In this document: piece after piece, positions 49,624-60,020 of the stretch
Position numbering within the stretch: position 1 is the first letter of the stretch
Layout: each line of letters begins with the position of its first letter
NCBI GenBank assembly: GCA_029260035.1
Contig: JAJDEA010000079.1
Location: 4,803 to 68,802, forward strand
Length of the DNA stretch: 64,000 nt
DNA from: Phycisphaerae bacterium
GTDB taxonomy: Bacteria; Planctomycetota; Phycisphaerae; UBA1845
Direction of reading: 5' to 3'
Notes under the pieces: model-generated
The model's input: only the letters and a program-made list of their open reading frames with translations
Databases searched by the model: none
What the model was told of the DNA's origin: nothing
Translations under genes and position numbers: made by a program

Positions 49624-50652
49624 TCAATCGACGTGGTGAGAGTCGCGCACCTTCGACGGCACCGCGTTCAGGTCCCAAATGATCCCGACCTTGGACATCA
49701 ACCAAAGCGCATAATACGTCAAGTCGATCTCCCACCAATAGAACCCCTGACGCACCGAACCGGGATAATAATGGTGGTTGTTGTGCCAACCCTCGCCGAA
49801 GGTCAGAAGTGCCAACAGCAGGCTGTTCCGGCTTTCGTCCTTACTCTTGTAACGCTTCTTGCCCCAAAGGTGCGTCAATGAGTTGATGGTATACGTCGCA
49901 TGGGAGCAAACAACTGTCGAAATGAAGAACCCCCAGATGAGCATTTGTCCACCAGTGGTGTCCCAACCTCGTGACTGAAGCCAACTGCCGAGAGCGAAGA
50001 TCAAGCACGCTTCGATAAATGGCACGGTGTTGTCGAATCGGTTCAGGAACCGAAGTTCCGGAAACTTCATGAGATCGGGTACGGCTTTCTCGTCAAAGCC
50101 ATACGCGCCCTTCGAGGTGATCCAGCCAAAGTGGCTCCAATACAGGCCATGTCGAATGGGCGAATGTACATCGACTTCCTCATCGGAATGACGGTGGTGA
50201 TGTCGATGCCTCGCCGCCCACCAAATCGGCCCGCGTTGTACGCACGAACTCCCCATGACGGCAAAGATGAATTGCGCCACACGCGAGGTTTTGAATGCGC
50301 GATGCGAAAAGTATCGATGATAAAACGCCGTAACCGAAAACATGTGAAAAACATACAGGCCGGCAGCGACAGCCACGGCGATCGGACTCCACCCCACCCA
50401 GATGACCCCAAAGCACATGAGGTGTATCGCGACAAATGGAAGCAATCGGACCCAGTCCACCGCATAGACATCTGCCTTTTCGCCTTCGGTGTACTCCTTC
50501 GCCGAATTGTCAAACCAGCAGCCAACCGAATGGACCAGCGACGCAAACCGACCGACCGGTTTGGGCTGGACGTCTTCGGTTTTCTGGGTTGTTGGTCTCG
50601 CCGGTTCAGCGATATCCAAGCCGGGCATAATCGTTGAGTCTGAAAGGCTCAT
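49624..50652 (-). CDS. Membrane fatty-acid (acyl-CoA/acyl-lipid delta-9 type) desaturase
   Basis: Three His boxes: HRYFSHRAF, HRHHHRHSD, HNNHH. Confidence 0.85.
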   Translation of the reverse strand: MSLSDSTIMPGLDIAEPARPTTQKTEDVQPKPVGRFASLVHSVGCWFDNSAKEYTEGEKADVYAVDWVRLLPFVAIHLMCFGVIWVGWSPIAVAVAAGLYVFHMFSVTAFYHRYFSHRAFKTSRVAQFIFAVMGSSCVQRGPIWWAARHRHHHRHSDEEVDVHSPIRHGLYWSHFGWITSKGAYGFDEKAVPDLMKFPELRFLNRFDNTVPFIEACLIFALGSWLQSRGWDTTGGQMLIWGFFISTVVCSHATYTINSLTHLWGKKRYKSKDESRNSLLLALLTFGEGWHNNHHYYPGSVRQGFYWWEIDLTYYALWLMSKVGIIWDLNAVPSKVRDSHHVD

Positions 50653-50668
50653 CTCAAAAACAATCCTA

Positions 50669-50770
50669 TTAGAGCAAGCTCTATTCTACTGTAGCGTTCG
50701 TATGCATTTTTGCTCGCAAAATAGAGCGATTCGCCGCTACACTTGACTGTTTGCTGCTATAGCGATCCTG
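50669..50770. promoter_or_regulatory. Conserved ~100-bp leader with palindrome TAGAGCAAGCTCTA upstream of the desaturase gene; paralogue at 52858-52950
   Basis: tAGAGCAAGCTCTATTCtACTGTaGCGTTCG...CTCGCAAA...CGCCGCTACaCtTGACTGTTtGCTGC is shared between the two sites. The palindrome lies ~20-30 nt upstream of the desaturase ATG. Confidence 0.45.
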
Positions 50771-51194
50771 AATCCGCCTCGACTGGAAGCCGACGAATTC
50801 CAAGGCAGTCCCCTGCGCTCTTTGGTCTTGCAACAAAATCCACACTGTTTTGCAAAAAAACGGGTTCCGGCGAACTACCGTATTATCGGCCCTGCAAGAA
50901 CCATACCATGCAGTAGGTTTTGCGTCCCGTTACAACCGATCGGTCTTGAGACGAATAGCAAGCCCGCCCGCGCCATTCGAGCAGCTCGACCGGGTACCAC
51001 GCCAAGGCCCTATTCTACCACCCGCTTCCAACAGGTCCAGCCGACCCCCAGCGACAGGAATTATGACTCCCCGCGATCACACATCTTCGCCTTTTTGAAC
51101 AGCTGGCGAAATATCATGAAATGCGTCAGCAAGCGCAGCGCACCGGGGGGCAAAACACTGGTCTCTCATTTGATGCAGTCACCCAAACCGCGCA

Positions 51195-52784
51195 TCAACT
51201 TCCCGCCCTCGTCGGGCCAACGAAGAGATAGACCCAGCCAATGCCGTCAATATATTGCGTCTTGTTCTCAAACAGAAACCAATCCGGGTCGGGATTCGGC
51301 ACGCCGTCGATTCGCGGCGATACGACGATCAGCCGATTGAACGTCTTGATTTTTTCAAGCGTATTCGATGACGGCGCTTCGCGGAGGACGAGGAACGGGC
51401 CGAAATCGTCGGGCAAGTTGTAAGCGGTAACGTAATAAAGACGCGAAGCCCAGAACTTCGGCCAATCAATTGCATCGAAGACGAGCAGGTCGCCTTCCTG
51501 AAACTCGGATTGAATCAACTTTGCCGCGGTGTTTGACTGGGGATGAGTGCGTGCGGGCATGGGTAGCGTCGCAAACATCGCCACTACGACCAATCCCAAC
51601 AGCGCTCGTCGATAACGAAACGAAAAAATGCCTGCAGCGGAAACCACCATCCCAACCAATCCCGCCGTGGCAGTGGACGTATACCGAATGTGCGAAAGCA
51701 ATTGCTTGTCGGTCGTTAAGTCAATCGCAAGGCACGCAACTGCGGGAATCAAATACCAACAAGCGAACAAGAATGACGTATTCGACTTTTTTCGAGCCAT
51801 CGCTGCGAGAAGCGCAACGAGAATCAACCCGCCAGCCGCAGCCCGAGGCAGGCTGATTGCGAATCGATCGTGAACAAATAGCAGCCGAATCGGCAAGTCG
51901 AGGAATCGGCAAAGACTGCGATAGACATGATCCGCTCGCTGCTCGATAAGCCAATCCTGTGATTGGATGAAATCCCATTGATCGAGAAAAGCTGGCCCCC
52001 AGATAACGCACCACGCAATCGCGGCGACGACCGAACACATAAGCCAGGTCGCCAATACTTTTCCACGAAACCTGCATATGGCGTATAGGGCATGAGCTGC
52101 GAGTGGGAGCGCTGCGAAGTAATGCGTAAGCATAGCTCCTACGAGCGAGGAAACATAGAGCGCCGCGAGCAGGCCGTTACGTCCAGCGGACTTCGCGCCT
52201 CGGGCCCTTCCCAGAAGGATGAAAAACGCAAAACTGAGATTTACGAACAGAATGCTCAAACTGTACGGGCGCAGCTGTTGAGCCATCGTCACATGCGAAA
52301 AAGACAGCGCCAGCACGAGAACCGCGAAGAGTTTGTCAAACACTTTTGTGTCGCGACGCAAGCACAAGAGAAGAGGCGCAAGGGACAGGACAGAGGCGAG
52401 CACAGAGAGCATTCGATTTGCCGAGCGTTCGTCTCCAAATGCGCGACGCCAGGCGTTCAGCAAGACGAAATAAACGGGCGGATGACTGTCATCACGCATC
52501 GAATGCCAAACCTTCGACCCATTGCTGTCATGTTGCAGCGAAGTGAACCCGGGCCAGGATTGCACGATCTCGTCGTGCGGCAACTCTTCGAATTCCTTGC
52601 GCAACCCAGCGGAGCCAGATAACGAGTGCAACTCATCGAGCCAATAGTCCTGCTCACCAACGTGATTCGCGCGAACGTAGACTGCCAGCGTAATCGTCAA
52701 GAGAAGGAAAATCGTTGCAAGAGGAAACAGCGCAATGCCGTTCGCGGGCGAAACGGAGTTGCTCTGGTGGGCGCCGAAATTCAA
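51195..52784 (-). CDS. PMT/ArnT-like (GT39/PMT_2-type) membrane glycosyltransferase
   Basis: Polytopic protein with TM1 followed by a DE-containing loop (YWLDELH). The ORF extends to 52919, but its first ~45 codons overlap the conserved leader repeat. The true start is probably a non-ATG codon near 52784. Confidence 0.6.
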   Translation of the reverse strand: MNFGAHQSNSVSPANGIALFPLATIFLLLTITLAVYVRANHVGEQDYWLDELHSLSGSAGLRKEFEELPHDEIVQSWPGFTSLQHDSNGSKVWHSMRDDSHPPVYFVLLNAWRRAFGDERSANRMLSVLASVLSLAPLLLCLRRDTKVFDKLFAVLVLALSFSHVTMAQQLRPYSLSILFVNLSFAFFILLGRARGAKSAGRNGLLAALYVSSLVGAMLTHYFAALPLAAHALYAICRFRGKVLATWLMCSVVAAIAWCVIWGPAFLDQWDFIQSQDWLIEQRADHVYRSLCRFLDLPIRLLFVHDRFAISLPRAAAGGLILVALLAAMARKKSNTSFLFACWYLIPAVACLAIDLTTDKQLLSHIRYTSTATAGLVGMVVSAAGIFSFRYRRALLGLVVVAMFATLPMPARTHPQSNTAAKLIQSEFQEGDLLVFDAIDWPKFWASRLYYVTAYNLPDDFGPFLVLREAPSSNTLEKIKTFNRLIVVSPRIDGVPNPDPDWFLFENKTQYIDGIGWVYLFVGPTRAGS

Positions 52785-52857
52785 TAGAATGCTTCCCTGA
52801 AATAGCAGGACGAGCCGAAAGAAAGCAACGAGACTAACACGAATCGTACAGGTTTGG

Positions 52858-52950
52858 CTAGAGCAAGCTCTATTCCACTGTGGCGTTCGACCGCACTTTT
52901 CACTCGCAAAGCAATACAACCGCCGCTACGCGTGACTGTTCGCTGCGATA
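52858..52950. promoter_or_regulatory. Second copy of the conserved palindromic leader (TAGAGCAAGCTCTA), upstream of the glycosyltransferase gene
   Basis: See 50669-50770. Confidence 0.45.
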
Positions 52951-52967
52951 ACTCACGAAGTGCTCGA

Positions 52968-54065
52968 TCAGTTCGGCTGACCAACATCCAGAACCAAACC
53001 TCGATGATCAGAGCCTGGAATGTCAACTGACCTGCATCGCAATATAGAAATGGACGGACTCACATAGTACCGGTCGATACGCACACCTGGGAAAATGCTG
53101 AACATACCCCTTGTCGGCCAGGTCGCTCGCCATGCAGTCCCCACGGCTTCTTGCGCGTCAACCAGTCCGTTGCGCAGCATCTGTCGATGCATTCGGCTAG
53201 CTTCTGTATAGTTGAAGTCACCGCCGAGGATGATCGGTAACGGGTCACCCGCAACGAAATCGCGCAAAGAGACAAACTGCCGTCTCATTTCCACCACGGT
53301 ATCAAGCACCGGAGGCAATAAGTGGACATTGTAAATGGCAAATCGCTCTTGACCGCACTTTGTGACGATGCGCTTCGCGGGATGCGTACCGGGGCCCATC
53401 ATGACGTTGCCAACCGGCTCTTCGGCGAAAGCAATCTTGGAATAAATCGCAGATCCGTGCGGATCCAGCTTGGGTTGCCCTGCCCAATGCGGATAGGTTT
53501 CCGAGAGCGACTTCATCATGGCATCGTGCCAGAAATGGGTATACTCTTGAAGCAGGAGCATATCGGGAGACGCGTCACGAATCACATGGAGAACTTCTTG
53601 GAAACGTCGGTTATCGTATCGCAGATTGATCGTCATAAGCCGAAAACTGTCCGCCTCTACTGAACGAGAGGCTGCCAGAGCTTTGGCGCCATCCAAGTGA
53701 GGGAAGAAAGTCAGGCCTATCAACGGTAGCGTCGCAATTGCCAGACGCGACCGTTTGAGCGCCAGTGCAATCGCCCCCATGACAACAAACGCAAGACCAA
53801 CGTGCCATAGAAACGTTCGGCAGAGAAACGCGGCGTACCAAAAAGCGACATAGACATCCCCTGTTCGATCCAAATCGCCCGGCCCAAGAAACGCGTACAC
53901 AGCTTGAAGGTAACCCAATAATATTGCCAGGAATAAGGCACTTGGAATTAGGCGCCGCTTACTTGTCGTCGTATTGCTATCGAGCATTTGGATTCGCCGA
54001 AGCGGCGATCTTTGAATAAGGAGTGTAGGTGCGTAATCCGTTACGAGCCATGACGGTCCTTCCAT
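52968..54065 (-). CDS. Endonuclease/exonuclease/phosphatase (EEP) family membrane-anchored protein
   Basis: N-terminal TM helices. LMTINLRYDN...MLLLQEY...GSDHRGLVLDV are EEP catalytic motifs. Confidence 0.65.
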   Translation of the reverse strand: MEGPSWLVTDYAPTLLIQRSPLRRIQMLDSNTTTSKRRLIPSALFLAILLGYLQAVYAFLGPGDLDRTGDVYVAFWYAAFLCRTFLWHVGLAFVVMGAIALALKRSRLAIATLPLIGLTFFPHLDGAKALAASRSVEADSFRLMTINLRYDNRRFQEVLHVIRDASPDMLLLQEYTHFWHDAMMKSLSETYPHWAGQPKLDPHGSAIYSKIAFAEEPVGNVMMGPGTHPAKRIVTKCGQERFAIYNVHLLPPVLDTVVEMRRQFVSLRDFVAGDPLPIILGGDFNYTEASRMHRQMLRNGLVDAQEAVGTAWRATWPTRGMFSIFPGVRIDRYYVSPSISILRCRSVDIPGSDHRGLVLDVGQPN

Positions 54066-56830
54066 GCCTGAATGATTTGCAGCGCTTCCAGCGGAGTTAT
54101 TTTATCAGGGTCAAGAAGCCGCAATTCGTCACGGATTTCATCGCCGGGATCGCGGAAGAGCTTTAATTGCGCGTCGTCTTTGGTCTTTTCTTTGGCAAAT
54201 TGCGGAGTGCGAGACTCGCGCTCGAAGCCTCGCTGAAGCTCTTCCAGCACTTCTCGGCTTCGTCGAATCACAGGCTTGGGGATTCCCGCGAGCTTCGCGA
54301 CGTGAACGCCGTAGCTCTTGCTGGCGCCGCCCTCGACAATCCGATGCAGAAAGACAATACCCTCATCCTGATCCTCAACGACTCTGGATTCGCGAACGGC
54401 TACATTGTAATTGCGAACGCCTTTCAGAAGCGACTCGAGTTCAGCCATTTCATGATAATGGGTCGCAACAAACGAACGGCACTTTGTTTGATTCGCGAGA
54501 TGCTCCGTAATAGCCCATGCAAGCGACAAGCCGTCGAATGTGCTCGTTCCTCTTCCAAGCTCATCAATAATGACCAACGATCGATCGGTCGCATTGTGGA
54601 GTATATTTGCCGCCTCCGTCATTTCGACCATGAACGTCGATTGCCCTCGCATCAATTCGTCCGCAGCACCGACACGCGCAAAGATTCGATCCACCGGCGT
54701 AAACTGCATGCGCCGCGCAGGGACGAACGAGCCGGTTTGCGCAAGCAGTGTCATGAGCGCGACCTGCCGAATGTAGGTACTCTTACCTGCCATGTTTGGC
54801 CCGGTGATGACGAAGACACGAGAGCTTTCGTCGAGCATCCGGGTATCGTTCGGGACAAACTGATCGCCAAGCGCCTGATCGAGCACGACATGGCGACCTT
54901 CGTCAATGTCGAGGACCAACCCATCAACGATTTCCGGGCGAACGAATCGACGATCGACTGCCAGCTCAGCAAAACAACATAAACAATCCAGTCGTCCGAT
55001 CGCGCCCGCGATGCGCAATAGTTCCTGAATGTTCTTGGCTACGTCCGCACACACACGCTCGAACAATTGTCTTTCCAGTTCGTTCGCGCGATCGGACGCC
55101 GTCAACACTTCAGATTCGTGTGTCTTCAATTCCTCGGTAATGTATCGCTCCGCATTCTTTACGGTTTGCTTGCGGATGTAGTCGGGCGGGATGTCAACCT
55201 GCGCGCTGTTGGAAACTTCGATGTAGTAGCCGAACACGCGGTGAAATCCGACTTTGAGCGTCGAGACGCCAATGCGTTCGCTTTCTTTTCGTTGGAATTC
55301 GGTAAGCCAGGCTTGCCCGTCATGCGCGATAGATCGCAGCCTATCCAATTCCTCATTAAAACCATCTGCAATAACGCCCCCATCGCGAAGCGTGGGTGCA
55401 GGTTCCTCACGAATCGAACGTTTGAGCAGGGCGATTAGCGCATCTGGACAGAGAAGCCCAGCAGCAACCGCTTCCACCATGCGCGATGAAGTTTGCCTCA
55501 ACTCGCCAGCCATGGCTGGGATTTGATCAAGCGTTCGGCCAAGCGACGCCAGGTCGCGCGGACCGGCTCGCCCCAACGCAACGCGACTGGCGATGCGCTC
55601 AACGTCTGCAAGTGTCTTAAGACTCTTGTGCATGCGCGATCGCAACGGCTCGTTCTCAACGAAAAACCCAACCGCTTCCTGTCGAAGTTCGATCTCAGCA
55701 ACGTCGATCAACGGAGTGCGAATCCAATGCAATAGCGTGCGCGACCCGAGAGGGTGCACCGTTCGATCAATAGCCGCGAGCATTGAGCCTTCGCGCGAGC
55801 CGCTGCGTAGCGTTCGCTCGATCTCCAGCGCTCGGCCACTGCTATGGTCGATCTGCAAGTAATGCGTAACGGCTCGCCTTGCGATGGATGCGATGTGCGC
55901 AAGCGACGTTCGCTGTGTTTCCTGTAAGTACTGGATCAAACAGCCCGCTGCACACAGGGAAGCGTTCATCTCGTCAAAGCCGAAACCCGAAAGCGTCGCT
56001 ACGTCGAAATGCTCCAACAACGACTTCTCAGCCTGGTAAGCGGAAAACTCATGCAATGGCCGAGATGTCACGGTCACGTCTTGGAAGACGCGCAGCTCCT
56101 CGACAATTTTATTCGCGATGCCCCCTCGATCATCATCAATCACAACTTCGGCAGGCCGATTGCGCACCAGCTCATCAAGAATGCTGTCTTTGGAAACATC
56201 GATCGCTTCAAATCGGCCGCTTGATAGTTCGACAAATGCAAGCCCAACCGCGTCGCCTTGCGCAAAAACAGATGCCAGAATATTGGCATCTTTATCGGAG
56301 AGTAACGTATCTTCAGTAAGGGTCCCTGCTGTCACAATGCGAACGACATCGCGCTTCACAACACCTTTGGCTTGTTTCGCATCTTCCAACTGCTCGGAGA
56401 TCGCAACCTTGTGCCCCGCATCAACGAGCTTCTTCAAGTAGGCGTCGAGCGCGTGATAGGGAATACCGGCCAACGGGATCGGGTGGTCGCCCTTGGAGCG
56501 AGCCGTCAAAGCAATACCCAGCACTTCGGAACAGAGTACTGCATCTTCGTAGAACGTCTCGTAGAAATCGCCCATCCTGAAAAGCAAAACCGCATCACCG
56601 ACACGTTTTTTCTGCTCCACATATTGGCGCATAGCGGGAGTGAGCGAGTCGGCCTTGACGGAAGCGGCTCGTATGGGGGCGTCTTTCTTGGTGGCGCTCA
56701 CGGTAGGCAAACGTTGCTGCTCCTTCTGCCGTTTGGTTGAACGAAGCCGAAAGCCATTCACTCCGGTGGCATATCCAGTCCGTCCGTCTCGGCAACATAC
56801 TAGCGATATTGTATCGTTGACGCCCAACAC
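54041..56830 (-). CDS. mutS: DNA mismatch repair protein MutS (possibly with an N-terminal extension; alternative start near 56632)
   Basis: TPAMRQYVEQK...FYETFYEDA is the MutS N-domain. Walker A GPNMAGKSTYIRQ. ...STFMVEM... Confidence 0.9.
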   Translation of the reverse strand: MLGVNDTISLVCCRDGRTGYATGVNGFRLRSTKRQKEQQRLPTVSATKKDAPIRAASVKADSLTPAMRQYVEQKKRVGDAVLLFRMGDFYETFYEDAVLCSEVLGIALTARSKGDHPIPLAGIPYHALDAYLKKLVDAGHKVAISEQLEDAKQAKGVVKRDVVRIVTAGTLTEDTLLSDKDANILASVFAQGDAVGLAFVELSSGRFEAIDVSKDSILDELVRNRPAEVVIDDDRGGIANKIVEELRVFQDVTVTSRPLHEFSAYQAEKSLLEHFDVATLSGFGFDEMNASLCAAGCLIQYLQETQRTSLAHIASIARRAVTHYLQIDHSSGRALEIERTLRSGSREGSMLAAIDRTVHPLGSRTLLHWIRTPLIDVAEIELRQEAVGFFVENEPLRSRMHKSLKTLADVERIASRVALGRAGPRDLASLGRTLDQIPAMAGELRQTSSRMVEAVAAGLLCPDALIALLKRSIREEPAPTLRDGGVIADGFNEELDRLRSIAHDGQAWLTEFQRKESERIGVSTLKVGFHRVFGYYIEVSNSAQVDIPPDYIRKQTVKNAERYITEELKTHESEVLTASDRANELERQLFERVCADVAKNIQELLRIAGAIGRLDCLCCFAELAVDRRFVRPEIVDGLVLDIDEGRHVVLDQALGDQFVPNDTRMLDESSRVFVITGPNMAGKSTYIRQVALMTLLAQTGSFVPARRMQFTPVDRIFARVGAADELMRGQSTFMVEMTEAANILHNATDRSLVIIDELGRGTSTFDGLSLAWAITEHLANQTKCRSFVATHYHEMAELESLLKGVRNYNVAVRESRVVEDQDEGIVFLHRIVEGGASKSYGVHVAKLAGIPKPVIRRSREVLEELQRGFERESRTPQFAKEKTKDDAQLKLFRDPGDEIRDELRLLDPDKITPLEALQIIQAWKDRHGS

Positions 56831-56884
56831 AATCGACCTTTTCGCCTACCAGGGATCCGTGGCCCCAAGCCGACCGTACTTCCC

Positions 56885-58063
56885 TTGGTGATCCGGCCTA
56901 TGTGGAATAGAATCACGGTAATGTCTGATTGCAGGGAAAAAGTGGTCGTCGCCATGAGCGGCGGGGTGGATTCAAGCGTCGCAGCGTGTTTGCTTCAAGA
57001 ACAAGGCTATGACGTGATGGGACTATTCATGCGCGTCGGAGTTGACCCGCCTGAGCCAACAGGCGACGCCGATTCAGCGCCAAAGCGCAGAGAGAAACAG
57101 GGGTGTTGCAGCGCTAGCGATGCACATGACGCTAAATTTGTCGCCGGCTTGCTCGGCGTACCATTCTACGCACTCAATTTCCAGGAAGACTTTGATCGCA
57201 TCATCGACTATTTCGCAGACGAATACGCCCGTGGGCGAACCCCAAATCCCTGCGTCGTTTGCAACGATCGTCTAAAATTTGGAAAAATATGCGATTACGC
57301 AGATGCCGTTGGCGCCAAGTACATCGCGACCGGCCACTATGCGCGAGTCGGATCGGAAAATGGAAAAAATATCCTGATGCGCGCTCGAGATTCGAGTAAA
57401 GATCAATCGTATGTGCTTTTTGGAATCGATCCGAAAGTTCTCGACCGCTTGCTTTTTCCGTTGGGCGACTTGCTTAAGAGCGAGGTGCGAGCCATTGCCG
57501 ACGCAAATGCCCTTCCAAACCACGACAAGCCCGATTCCGTCGAGATTTGTTTTGTTCCGGACAACGACTACGCCCGCGTCGTTCGCGAGCGTAGGCCCGA
57601 TGCGTTCGTACCGGGCGATGTCGTCAGCGCCGATGGCCGAGTCCTTGGGCAGCATGACGGAATTGCGAATTACACGATCGGTCAACGGCGAGGTTTAGGA
57701 ATATCCGGCCCCAAACCGATTTACGTCACTCAGCTAAACATCGTGGACAACACCGTAGGCGTTGCAGAAGTCGACGGGCTCTTCAGCGGCTCGCTTTTGG
57801 CTGACAAAGTGAGCTTTTTCGTAAATGAACGTCGTTCACCGTTTCGTGCGCTTGTAAAAATACGATACCTGCACAAGGCGACCCCCGCGATGATCCACCC
57901 TTTGAAAGCTGGGCGAGTGCGAGTCGAATTCGACGAACCACAGCGCGCAGTCACGCCTGGCCAGGCAGTAGTTTTTTATGATGGCGATGTCGTTGTGGGC
58001 GGGGGTTGGATCGAAAAAGCGGAGCCCGCTTCGATTGAAGCGAACTCCGCTACATCTTCTTGA
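56885..58063 (+). CDS. mnmA: tRNA-specific 2-thiouridylase MnmA
   Basis: PP-loop VVVAMSGGVDSSVAACLL. MnmA length and catalytic Cys context. The start may be the internal Met at ~56921. Confidence 0.85.
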   Translation: MVIRPMWNRITVMSDCREKVVVAMSGGVDSSVAACLLQEQGYDVMGLFMRVGVDPPEPTGDADSAPKRREKQGCCSASDAHDAKFVAGLLGVPFYALNFQEDFDRIIDYFADEYARGRTPNPCVVCNDRLKFGKICDYADAVGAKYIATGHYARVGSENGKNILMRARDSSKDQSYVLFGIDPKVLDRLLFPLGDLLKSEVRAIADANALPNHDKPDSVEICFVPDNDYARVVRERRPDAFVPGDVVSADGRVLGQHDGIANYTIGQRRGLGISGPKPIYVTQLNIVDNTVGVAEVDGLFSGSLLADKVSFFVNERRSPFRALVKIRYLHKATPAMIHPLKAGRVRVEFDEPQRAVTPGQAVVFYDGDVVVGGGWIEKAEPASIEANSATSS

Positions 58064-58089
58064 TTACTTAGCTACCTACCACCGTCAGC

Positions 58090-59637
58090 TTATACGATCG
58101 CTCGCACGGCCTGCTCAGCAGCCTGCGCTGCTTTCTCCGATTGTACGGATTGCTTGGCGGCTTCGATTCGAGCGGCTTGCGCAGCAGCTTGAGCAGTTTC
58201 CGCTTGCTGCACTGCAGGTGATTCGGTCAAGCCGAATTGCTCTTCCAATTCATGGACGAGGACCGCAAGGTTCTGCTCTTTTTGGCCGGTAGGCGTCATC
58301 CATCGCGCGGGTTCATTGTTTTGCAGAAGTTTGGAGATTCGCCGGCAGGCCAGGATCACGGTCGAGTGATTCTTGTTGCCCATAAACCGACCGATCTCCG
58401 GGAAACTCATCGCCGTATGCTTCCTCGCAAGATACATGGCGATTCCACGAGCTAATGCTATCGTCCTTGATTTTCGTGAAGTGTGGAGATCGGCCGGTGT
58501 TAGGCCGAAGAAAATCGCGACAACACTCTCGATGTCGGAGAGCATGACAACCGGCGCGGTCTGGCGAACTAGGTCACGGATAGCGCGCTCTGCCAATGAA
58601 AGCGTCATCGGCGAACCCATGACCTGAGCCTGGGCGACAACTTTCAAAAGCGCGCCTTCCAACTCACGGATGTTGGCTCGAAAATGCTCTGCGATATAGA
58701 GAATGACAGGCTCGGGAATGTCGACTTTCAATCGATCCGCTTTACGACGAAGAACTTCCGCCCGAACGCCGAAATCCGGCGAGTCGATGCGAACGACCAT
58801 GCCGGAGAGGAATCGGCTGACCAGCGATTCAGAAAAATGCCCGATCAGTTTCGGGTGCGCGTCGGAGGCAAGAACAATTTGCTTTCCGGCTGCGTCAATG
58901 GCCTTGAATGTGTTCAGAAATTCCTGCTGCGTGGCTCGCTTGTTTGCGAAGTAGTGGACGTCGTCGATAACGAGAAGATCTACATTACGATAGCGATTGC
59001 GAAACGCGTCCTCTTCATGCGCCTTGATGGCGTAAACATAATCGTTGGTGAATTCCTCGCCGGAGACGTAAACCCATCTCAGGTTCGGATTGGGTTCGCT
59101 GATTCCATTGCAAACGGCGTGCAGCAGATGTGTTTTTCCAAGCCCACAACCACCGTGAATAAAAAGCGGATTGTACATTGTGCCCGGGTTGTCAATAACA
59201 CTCTTGGCTGCTGCATGTGCGAGACGATTTGATGGTCCTACAACGAAATCATCCAATCGCCCTTTGAGTGACCGGGCTTGAGGCAGATCCATAGACCGTC
59301 GCTGAATCCGCGCAAGTCGCTCGGGATTGTTCGCAACAAAATCAACTTGCCGATCAGGCTGTTTCTTTCCAAGCCCTTTTGCAAGCTCTGGATCGATATC
59401 GAAACTAAGGGTGTAATCCTGGTCGCCCACTTCCCTGGCTGCTTCGATGATGGTCTCTGAAAAATGACGTTCGATCCATGCGCTGATAAAAGGATTGGGC
59501 GCGCTCACGCGAAGATAGTCTTCGGTGAATGAAAAGCGGATGGCATTTTTGAACCAAACATTGAATCGCTGTGGGCCTAGTTTGTCGGCGATACATGATT
59601 CGAGTTGCGAAACTACACCGTCGGCGCATGTGATCAC
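58090..59637 (-). CDS. dnaA: Chromosomal replication initiator DnaA
   Basis: AAA+ Walker A GGCGLGKTHLLHAVCNG. Walker B LVIDDVHYF. C-terminal DnaA-box-binding helix-turn-helix. Confidence 0.9.
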   Translation of the reverse strand: MITCADGVVSQLESCIADKLGPQRFNVWFKNAIRFSFTEDYLRVSAPNPFISAWIERHFSETIIEAAREVGDQDYTLSFDIDPELAKGLGKKQPDRQVDFVANNPERLARIQRRSMDLPQARSLKGRLDDFVVGPSNRLAHAAAKSVIDNPGTMYNPLFIHGGCGLGKTHLLHAVCNGISEPNPNLRWVYVSGEEFTNDYVYAIKAHEEDAFRNRYRNVDLLVIDDVHYFANKRATQQEFLNTFKAIDAAGKQIVLASDAHPKLIGHFSESLVSRFLSGMVVRIDSPDFGVRAEVLRRKADRLKVDIPEPVILYIAEHFRANIRELEGALLKVVAQAQVMGSPMTLSLAERAIRDLVRQTAPVVMLSDIESVVAIFFGLTPADLHTSRKSRTIALARGIAMYLARKHTAMSFPEIGRFMGNKNHSTVILACRRISKLLQNNEPARWMTPTGQKEQNLAVLVHELEEQFGLTESPAVQQAETAQAAAQAARIEAAKQSVQSEKAAQAAEQAVRAIV

Positions 59638-60020
59638 TAGTAGCTCCCTCCCATATTTTTAGGAACCAGAAACAATACAAAGAATTAGATTTTCTTGCAG
59701 ACAAAAAGGTGATGCAATGAAACTAATGCAACCCGCACCATAAACTGAATTGCGTCAAATACCCGAACCTGCGTCCGACCTCCAACAGCAGCGTGTTACT
59801 CCGTACCGCTCATCGCACAGACGTAAATTATCATGTTAGTTCGTAGGCGTCAACATGTTTTTTCTCATGCAATCACTTCGCGCGTCCTTCGGTTCCCGTC
59901 GCATAAGTACTTATGAACGAAAGTTTTTTTTATTCACTGAAAAACTCGCGCCACTTTAATTCAAAACTTGAAGACAAACTTTTTCGGGAATGAATTTGAA
60001 CCGCATGCGAGGAAACTTCG
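59638..60020. other. Candidate replication-origin (oriC) region upstream of dnaA
   Basis: ~380-bp non-coding, AT-rich relative to the surrounding DNA (e.g. AAAGTTTTTTTTATTCACTGAAAAACTCGCGCCACTTTAATTCAAAACTTGAAGACAAACTTTTT), with degenerate DnaA-box-like words (TGTGGCGAT, TTATCATG). Placed by adjacency to dnaA. Confidence 0.35.

Noticed and set aside
51195-52919. ATG at 52919 as the start of the glycosyltransferase
   Set aside because: Codons 1-45 coincide with the conserved leader/palindrome shared with the desaturase upstream region. The start is more likely a non-ATG codon near 52784, just before TM1.
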